This document shows, piece by piece, positions 36,659 to 41,520 of a stretch of DNA of 41,520 bases. Origin of the DNA: Actinomycetota bacterium (GTDB lineage: Bacteria > Actinomycetota > Actinomycetes > S36-B12); contig JAUSQD010000075.1 of NCBI GenBank assembly GCA_030652695.1, positions 1 through 41,520 on the forward strand, in the 5' to 3' direction. The notes beneath the pieces were generated by a model, which did not search any database, had not been told where the DNA came from, and was given only the letters and a program-made list of their open reading frames with translations. The stretch's first letter is position 1. Every line of letters begins with the position of its first letter. The position numbers and the translations under genes were made by a program.

Positions 36659-36833
36659 GCAGTCTGCCCCCTCGTTGCCGAGCCTGGCTCCAAAAGCCTT
36701 TGCTCATTTTGCAGAGCCCATGCATCGCAGGCAAGAGTCAAGGCGATAGACGAGACAGAAGTCGCTGAATTTGTTCCACTTCGTCGCAATGGTGCGATAT
36801 CGAGATCTCCCATCAATGCGTAGCATCGCGGTC

Positions 36834-37460
36834 ATGGACGTCGCGCACCGTCTGGCAATCCAGTCGCCCAGCACTCCCAAGCCTGAGGCGCACTCCTTCG
36901 AGAGCATGCACATCCGATTGCTTGCCACTGCCCTTGAAGTCATGAACGAAGTGGGCTACGACAACGCAACGGTAGGTGCGATTGCATCGCGAGCATTTGT
37001 CAGTCGTTCAACTCTGTATCGTCACTTCGAGAACAAGTCGGACATGCTTCAGCAGATTCTTCAATGGCACCAAAAGAGCGTGTTTGAGTCGTGCTTGAAG
37101 TTGACGCGCATTCGACCAGGTGACAAAGAGGCGCTCAGCGGGTGGCTGGAAGACTTTCCCGGGCTGTATGAATGGCCCAGCGATGCGATCATCGACAGTC
37201 ACGTGAGCGGCGATCGACTGATCAACAGAATTCACGACTCCCGGCGCGCGGCGGAAAGCGTGATTCGTGCCTGGGAGCGATCTGGGTGGACCACGACCAG
37301 CGCCACTCCGGTTGAACACATTCTGCTGCTCTTTCAGTTGATGACCCACTGGTGTCGCTACCGTCTTGCCTTCGGAACTGAGCGAGCCAACTTGTCCAGG
37401 GAGGCGCTGCTCGACATCGTCAGTCGTGAGCTTGCCTCCGTTTTCGTGCCGAGCAGATAG
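36834..37460 (+). CDS. TetR/AcrR-family transcriptional regulator
   Basis: RLLATALEVMNEVGYDNATVGAIASRAFVSRSTLYRHFENKSDML; TAGCAT -10 7 nt before ATG 36834; divergent from the amidohydrolase. Confidence 0.88.
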   Translation: MDVAHRLAIQSPSTPKPEAHSFESMHIRLLATALEVMNEVGYDNATVGAIASRAFVSRSTLYRHFENKSDMLQQILQWHQKSVFESCLKLTRIRPGDKEALSGWLEDFPGLYEWPSDAIIDSHVSGDRLINRIHDSRRAAESVIRAWERSGWTTTSATPVEHILLLFQLMTHWCRYRLAFGTERANLSREALLDIVSRELASVFVPSR

Positions 37461-37470
37461 CGTGCGCGGC

Positions 37471-37923
37471 ATGAGAATTTCAAAGAGACTTTCACTCGTA
37501 TTCGCCGGCATCGTTTTGACTTCCGTGAGTCTGGTTGGCTGCTCAAGCAGCGCTCCCACAACAAGCACACCTGTCGCGAGCCAGACGCCGCTGACTCAGG
37601 ATCCGATGACTGAAGCGCCAATCGACGAAGAGGCCGGTGCCAGCTACTGCGATCCGCTGGAACAGGCCTTCTCGATCAAGCCGGCATCTGGAGAGCCCGC
37701 GACAAACGAAGAACTGGCAGCGTTTGGCGAAGCGATGCTTCCAGTCGCGGAGGCAGCCTCGGCAGATGGTCGCAATGATCTGGCGGAGATGTTCACTCTC
37801 GTTGCCCAAGTCAACATCGATCCAGACACTACGACAGACGCAGAGACCAGCGAAGCCCTGAATTCGGTTCTCAGCAACGCTGACGAGGTCAACGAGACCT
37901 GCGGAATCGACCTGCTCCAGTAA
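37471..37923 (+). CDS. Hypothetical lipoprotein
   Basis: MRISKR + hydrophobic core + lipobox LVGC; Ser/Thr/Pro linker; acidic helical domain bracketed by two Cys. Confidence 0.82.
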   Translation: MRISKRLSLVFAGIVLTSVSLVGCSSSAPTTSTPVASQTPLTQDPMTEAPIDEEAGASYCDPLEQAFSIKPASGEPATNEELAAFGEAMLPVAEAASADGRNDLAEMFTLVAQVNIDPDTTTDAETSEALNSVLSNADEVNETCGIDLLQ

Positions 37924-37989
37924 ACGCTGGCAGACTGCGCACCGAGTGCATGCGGAGTTCCCGCAGGCACCTTCGCAAAGGGGACTTTC

Positions 37990-38379
37990 GTGTTCGATGA
38001 CAACGGCAGTTATCTGCTCGGCTTGATTGAGTTCTTTCTGTTCTTCGCCTGGTTCATGTGCCTGTTCTGGGTGTTGAGCGACATCTTCCGAAGCAAGGAT
38101 CTAGGTGGCGTAGCCAAGACGGTGTGGGTAGTAGTCGTCATCGTCCTGCCTTGGCTGGGAATTCTGGTGTACCTCATCGCTCGTGGTGGCGGCATGCACG
38201 AACGAGCAATTGAGCAGGCCCAAGCCATGCAGAAGGCACAGACGGAGTACATCCAATCCGTTGCGGGCACCACTGGCACTCCCACAGAGCAGATCACTTC
38301 GGCCAAGAGCTTGCTCGACAGTGGCGCAATCAATCAGGCTGAGTTCGATCAGTTGAAGTCCAAGGCTCTGGCTTCGTAG
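37990..38379 (+). CDS. PLDc_N + SHOCT domain membrane protein
   Basis: DIFRSKDLGGVAKTVWVVVVIVLPWLGILVYLIARG; C-terminal AKSLLDSGAINQAEFDQLKSKAL. Confidence 0.9.
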   Translation: MFDDNGSYLLGLIEFFLFFAWFMCLFWVLSDIFRSKDLGGVAKTVWVVVVIVLPWLGILVYLIARGGGMHERAIEQAQAMQKAQTEYIQSVAGTTGTPTEQITSAKSLLDSGAINQAEFDQLKSKALAS

Positions 38380-38393
38380 CAGTTCTCTGATTC

Positions 38394-38446
38394 AACAATC
38401 GCGGAGGTGCCACCAGCATTGAGCTGGAGGCACCTCCACGATTGTT
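38394..38446 (+). terminator. Long hairpin, probable intrinsic terminator
   Basis: AACAATCG-C-GGAGGTGCC-A-CCAGC-ATTGA-GCTGG-A-GGCACCTCC-A-CGATTGTT, 14 nt after the SHOCT gene stop. Confidence 0.7.
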
Positions 38447-38519
38447 TGACTTCATGATTCGCGCATCAGATCTCGGCATTTCGACAGGGCATGCGTGCCA
38501 GTTTCGACACAATGCGCAC

Positions 38520-38867
38520 ATGACACCAATGGAAACTGCGCAGCGATATGTCGAACTGTTCAATGCCAATCGCATGGGCGATATGGGACGTCTGTTTGCC
38601 GAGAATGGTCTCTGGGTTCCGCCGAACGACAATCCCCCCACTCGTGGGCGCGATGCGATTGTTGCCGGCTACGAGTCGCTCGCCGAGCAGACAGCATCGA
38701 TGACCTTCACTGATGCCCGGTATTACCAGGACGGCAATGTGGCCATCGTTGAACTGACATCCATGACCCCGGACGGACCTGTCGGGCGCGTGGCCGATGT
38801 CTTTGAGTGCAATGACGCAGGCGAAATCCTGCGCATGACGGGTTACAGCCACACACCCCGTGCCTGA
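38520..38867 (+). CDS. SnoaL/NTF2-like protein
   Basis: AQRYVELFNA...LFAENG.W.PP....RGRDAI...DGNVAIVE...DVFECNDAGEI..M. Confidence 0.87.
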   Translation: MTPMETAQRYVELFNANRMGDMGRLFAENGLWVPPNDNPPTRGRDAIVAGYESLAEQTASMTFTDARYYQDGNVAIVELTSMTPDGPVGRVADVFECNDAGEILRMTGYSHTPRA

Positions 38868-38878
38868 CCCGGGATTTC

Positions 38879-38903
38879 ATTAGGCAACCTAATTTGGTAG
38901 CCT
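38879..38903 (+). promoter_or_regulatory. MarR operator (ATTAGG-CAA-CCTAAT) and leaderless -10 TAGCCT
   Basis: Perfect 6-3-6 palindrome at 38879-38893; TAGCCT at 38898-38903, 7 nt before GTG 38911. Confidence 0.7.
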
Positions 38904-38910
38904 TATAAAT

Positions 38911-39372
38911 GTGAATCTGCAATTGAGCACCGCTGCCGCGAACGAGGCACCAGACGCCCCAAGCGACTTGGGCATGGAAGTGGCCGGCGCTGTGGTGCGG
39001 CTTCATCGGCGATTGAGGTCTGAGCGCATCGATGACCAGATCGGTGACACCCACTATTCGGTACTGGTGTTCCTCGTGAAGCAAGGCGCACATTCGCTGA
39101 AGGAGCTCAGCATTCGTGAACGGGTCACGCCTCCGTCAATGAACCAAACAGTGAACGCTCTTGAGGCGGCAGGCTACATCGAGCGTCACGATGATCCTGA
39201 TGACCGACGCAGAGTACTCATCGCGGCAACCGACAGCGGGATCGCTGTTGCCAAACAGACTCGCCGTTTGCGTCATGCCTGGATCAACGCACGCCTGAAG
39301 GATCTGCCCGCCGCCGACCGCGAGGTACTGGAAAGGGCGGCACAGATCCTTCGCCACATCGCTGACTCATGA
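38911..39372 (+). CDS. MarR-family transcriptional regulator
   Basis: RLHRRLR...SVLVFL...ELSIRERVTPPSMNQTVNALEAAGYIER..DPDDRRRVLI. Confidence 0.93.
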   Translation: MNLQLSTAAANEAPDAPSDLGMEVAGAVVRLHRRLRSERIDDQIGDTHYSVLVFLVKQGAHSLKELSIRERVTPPSMNQTVNALEAAGYIERHDDPDDRRRVLIAATDSGIAVAKQTRRLRHAWINARLKDLPAADREVLERAAQILRHIADS

Positions 39373-39382
39373 GACCGCATCC

Positions 39383-40678
39383 ATGAGCGCAATGTTCAGC
39401 TCACTTTCCATCTTCAACTATCGGGTCTGGGCATCCGGTGCGATCGTGTCAAACATTGGCACGTGGATGCAGCGCATTGCTCAGGACTGGCTCGTGCTCA
39501 CCCACTTGACTGACAACAACGCAACAGCTGTCGGCGTGGTGATGGCCTTGCAGTTCGGCCCTTCGATCCTGCTGTTGCCGGTCACCGGAATGGCCGCGGA
39601 TCATTTCGACAGACGCAAGCTTCTGATGATCACTCAAGGCGCGATGGGAGCCCTCGCTCTTGGACTTGGACTGCTCACGATCACCGGCCTGGTTCAGCTA
39701 TGGCAGGTATTTCTCTTCGCGTTCCTCCTCGGATGCGTGACGGCATTCGATACTCCCGCGCGACAGACCTTCGTTTCTGATCTCGTGCCCGGGTCCAGTC
39801 TGTCCAATGCAGTCGCCCTGAACTCGACATCATTCAACGGAGCCCGGCTCATTGGGCCTGCAGTTGCAGGGGTGCTCATTGCGGTGCTCGGCACTGGTTG
39901 GGTCTTCATCAGCAACGGACTCTCATTCAGCGCAGTCCTGGCCTCGCTCGCGATTCTTCGCACTCATGAGCTTGTTCATCGGGATCGACCAGCGAGAGAA
40001 CCTGGAAGTTTCATGGAAGGATTTCGCTACGTCTGGTCACGACCAGATCTGAAGGCGATCCTGCTGATGCTGTTCCTCCTTGGGACATTCGGCATGAACT
40101 TTCCGATCTACCTCTCCACCATGTCGGTCACGGTATTCAATGCGGGGGCGGGGGCATTCGGAATACTGACCTCCGCTATGGCCTTGGGGTCAGTCGTGGG
40201 GGCTCTGCTGTCTGCTCGGCGTGCCCGACCGAAAGTGACCTTGCTGCTCGCTGGTGCCTCAGTGTTCGCAATTTCCCTCGCGTTCGCAGCTATTGCCCCC
40301 ACCTATGCACTGTTTGCCATCGCGCTCATGATCGTTGGGGTCGCATCGCAGACACTCATGACCACCGCCAACAGCACAGTGCAACTCTCCACTGACCCTG
40401 CAATGCGTGGGCGGGTGATCGCAATCTTGATGGCCGTCATCATGGGCGGCACTCCGATCGGCGCTCCGATCATTGGCTGGGTGGCGAACAGCTACGGACC
40501 CCGAGCGGCAATCGGTCTCGGCGCTGTCGCCGGTCTGCTGTCGGCGTGTGTGGGCCTGTTCTACTTGATTCGCTATCACCATCTGCGTCTACACCGCATT
40601 GGTTGGCGCTTGCGGATCAGCCAAAGCGAACCCGAGCACCTGACAGCGATGTTCGAGGAGGTCAGCACCGCACGTTGA
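39383..40678 (+). CDS. MFS transporter (MFS_3/H+ antiporter-like)
   Basis: SNIGTWMQRIAQDWLV, ADHFDRRKL, DTPARQTFV, NAVALNS, MRGRV; about 12 TM. Confidence 0.94.
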   Translation: MSAMFSSLSIFNYRVWASGAIVSNIGTWMQRIAQDWLVLTHLTDNNATAVGVVMALQFGPSILLLPVTGMAADHFDRRKLLMITQGAMGALALGLGLLTITGLVQLWQVFLFAFLLGCVTAFDTPARQTFVSDLVPGSSLSNAVALNSTSFNGARLIGPAVAGVLIAVLGTGWVFISNGLSFSAVLASLAILRTHELVHRDRPAREPGSFMEGFRYVWSRPDLKAILLMLFLLGTFGMNFPIYLSTMSVTVFNAGAGAFGILTSAMALGSVVGALLSARRARPKVTLLLAGASVFAISLAFAAIAPTYALFAIALMIVGVASQTLMTTANSTVQLSTDPAMRGRVIAILMAVIMGGTPIGAPIIGWVANSYGPRAAIGLGAVAGLLSACVGLFYLIRYHHLRLHRIGWRLRISQSEPEHLTAMFEEVSTAR

Positions 40679-40724
40679 TCCTCCTCGGAGATGACGATGT
40701 GCGCCTCTGTTGTTCCGTGACATG

Positions 40725-40758
40725 AATATGGCGGGTGTCCGAGGACACCCGCCATATT
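40725..40758. terminator. Bidirectional terminator hairpin between convergent MFS and SBP genes
   Basis: AATATGGCGGGTGTC-CGAG-GACACCCGCCATATT, perfect 15-bp stem. Confidence 0.85.
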
Positions 40759-40773
40759 GCATATCCGAGTTGA

Positions 40774-41520
40774 CTAGCTGAGAACGACCTTGCCGGTCGA
40801 GGTGTCGATGTACTTGGCACCACAGGTGGGCTTGGGATCAGCGATGAGGTCGGTGCCCTTGGCGATCAGGTACCAGCCGCACAGAGCGGGGTTGCCGTTT
40901 GGCATGAGTCCTGGGCCCTTGAAGCTGACCTTCTCAGGAACCAGTCCGCCACCGTCGTAGTTGGTGACGTTGCGCAGCCCATTGATGAACGAGGCACGCG
41001 TTGGGCACTTGCCGGCGACCTTCAGACCCTTGATGAACAGGTCAGCTCCCAGGAAGCCCATGGGCGCACCTGAGGAGTAGGGGTTCAGGCCAGCGGCCTT
41101 CATGCCTGCTGCGTAGGTCTTGACTGCGCGGTTGTTCACACCGACCGGCACGGAGCCGTAGGTCGTGCCCAATGCGCCTTCAAGAGCACCGTTCGCGGTC
41201 TTCAGCACTGCTGGGTCAGACAGACCCACGATGCTGACACCCTTCAAGGTGACACCCTGCTGCTTCAGTGCGCTCATGATCGAGATGGCGCCATCGATGA
41301 ACCCAACAATGATCGCGCCGTCAGAGCCGGAGTTCTTGATGCGCAGTGCAGTGGAGGTTGCATCGTGTGTGCCCTGAGGCTCATCGGAGATGCGCAGTGA
41401 CTGAGTCAGTCCTGGTACGAATGGGATGAGACCAGCAGTGGCGTTGCCGGCTGCCGAGGCACCCGTGCTGACGTGGTTGATGTTTGCGATCTTGGTGACG
41501 CCCATCTGCTTCAACTTCTC
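40774..41520 (-). CDS. Second ABC substrate-binding protein, close paralog of 32945..34246 (3' part; start outside window)
   Basis: Aligns without gaps to the C-terminal 246 aa of the first SBP. Confidence 0.92.
   Translation of the reverse strand, partial: EKLKQMGVTKIANINHVSTGASAAGNATAGLIPFVPGLTQSLRISDEPQGTHDATSTALRIKNSGSDGAIIVGFIDGAISIMSALKQQGVTLKGVSIVGLSDPAVLKTANGALEGALGTTYGSVPVGVNNRAVKTYAAGMKAAGLNPYSSGAPMGFLGADLFIKGLKVAGKCPTRASFINGLRNVTNYDGGGLVPEKVSFKGPGLMPNGNPALCGWYLIAKGTDLIADPKPTCGAKYIDTSTGKVVLS

Noticed and set aside
35744-36823. 359-aa plus-strand ORF
   Set aside because: Antisense shadow of the amidohydrolase
20680-41520. Prophage or integrative element at tRNA-Arg
   Set aside because: No integrase, phage structural genes or attR duplicate of the tRNA 3' end seen by eye in the window

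Overview
High-GC actinobacterial chromosome segment (pervasive leaderless TANNNT promoters, coproporphyrin-dependent heme pathway, F420-dependent reductase). Left to right: ettA (partial) and the ettA-linked second ssb; a NarX-type PAS/GAF kinase convergent with a tightly coupled operon REC - HEAT-repeat membrane protein (frameshifted in a (GC)5 tract) - processive GT2 - Hpt - REC - GAF/4xPAS hybrid kinase; a complete divergent heme cluster (hemA, hemC-hemD fusion | hemE, hemG/Y, hemQ, hemH, hemB, hemL); a T4 Imm-like small membrane protein; tRNA-Arg(TCT); then about 21 kb of small accessory cassettes (VOC/HxlR, CDGSH plus heme-oxygenase-like diiron enzyme, DUF6328, beta-propeller, MarR plus frameshifted membrane protein, DUF1801, LtrA, Fpg/Nei, GGDEF, AttH/CrtC-like secreted protein with an inserted repeat, TesB, two near-identical ABC substrate-binding proteins, Ddn-like, CoA-binding, amidohydrolase/TetR, lipoprotein, SHOCT, SnoaL, MarR/MFS). 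The best candidate for an undescribed system is the phosphorelay with no DNA-binding output that is built around a HEAT protein and a glycan synthase. No integrase, transposase, CRISPR array or rRNA was seen. All family assignments come from motif recognition by eye, not from database searches.
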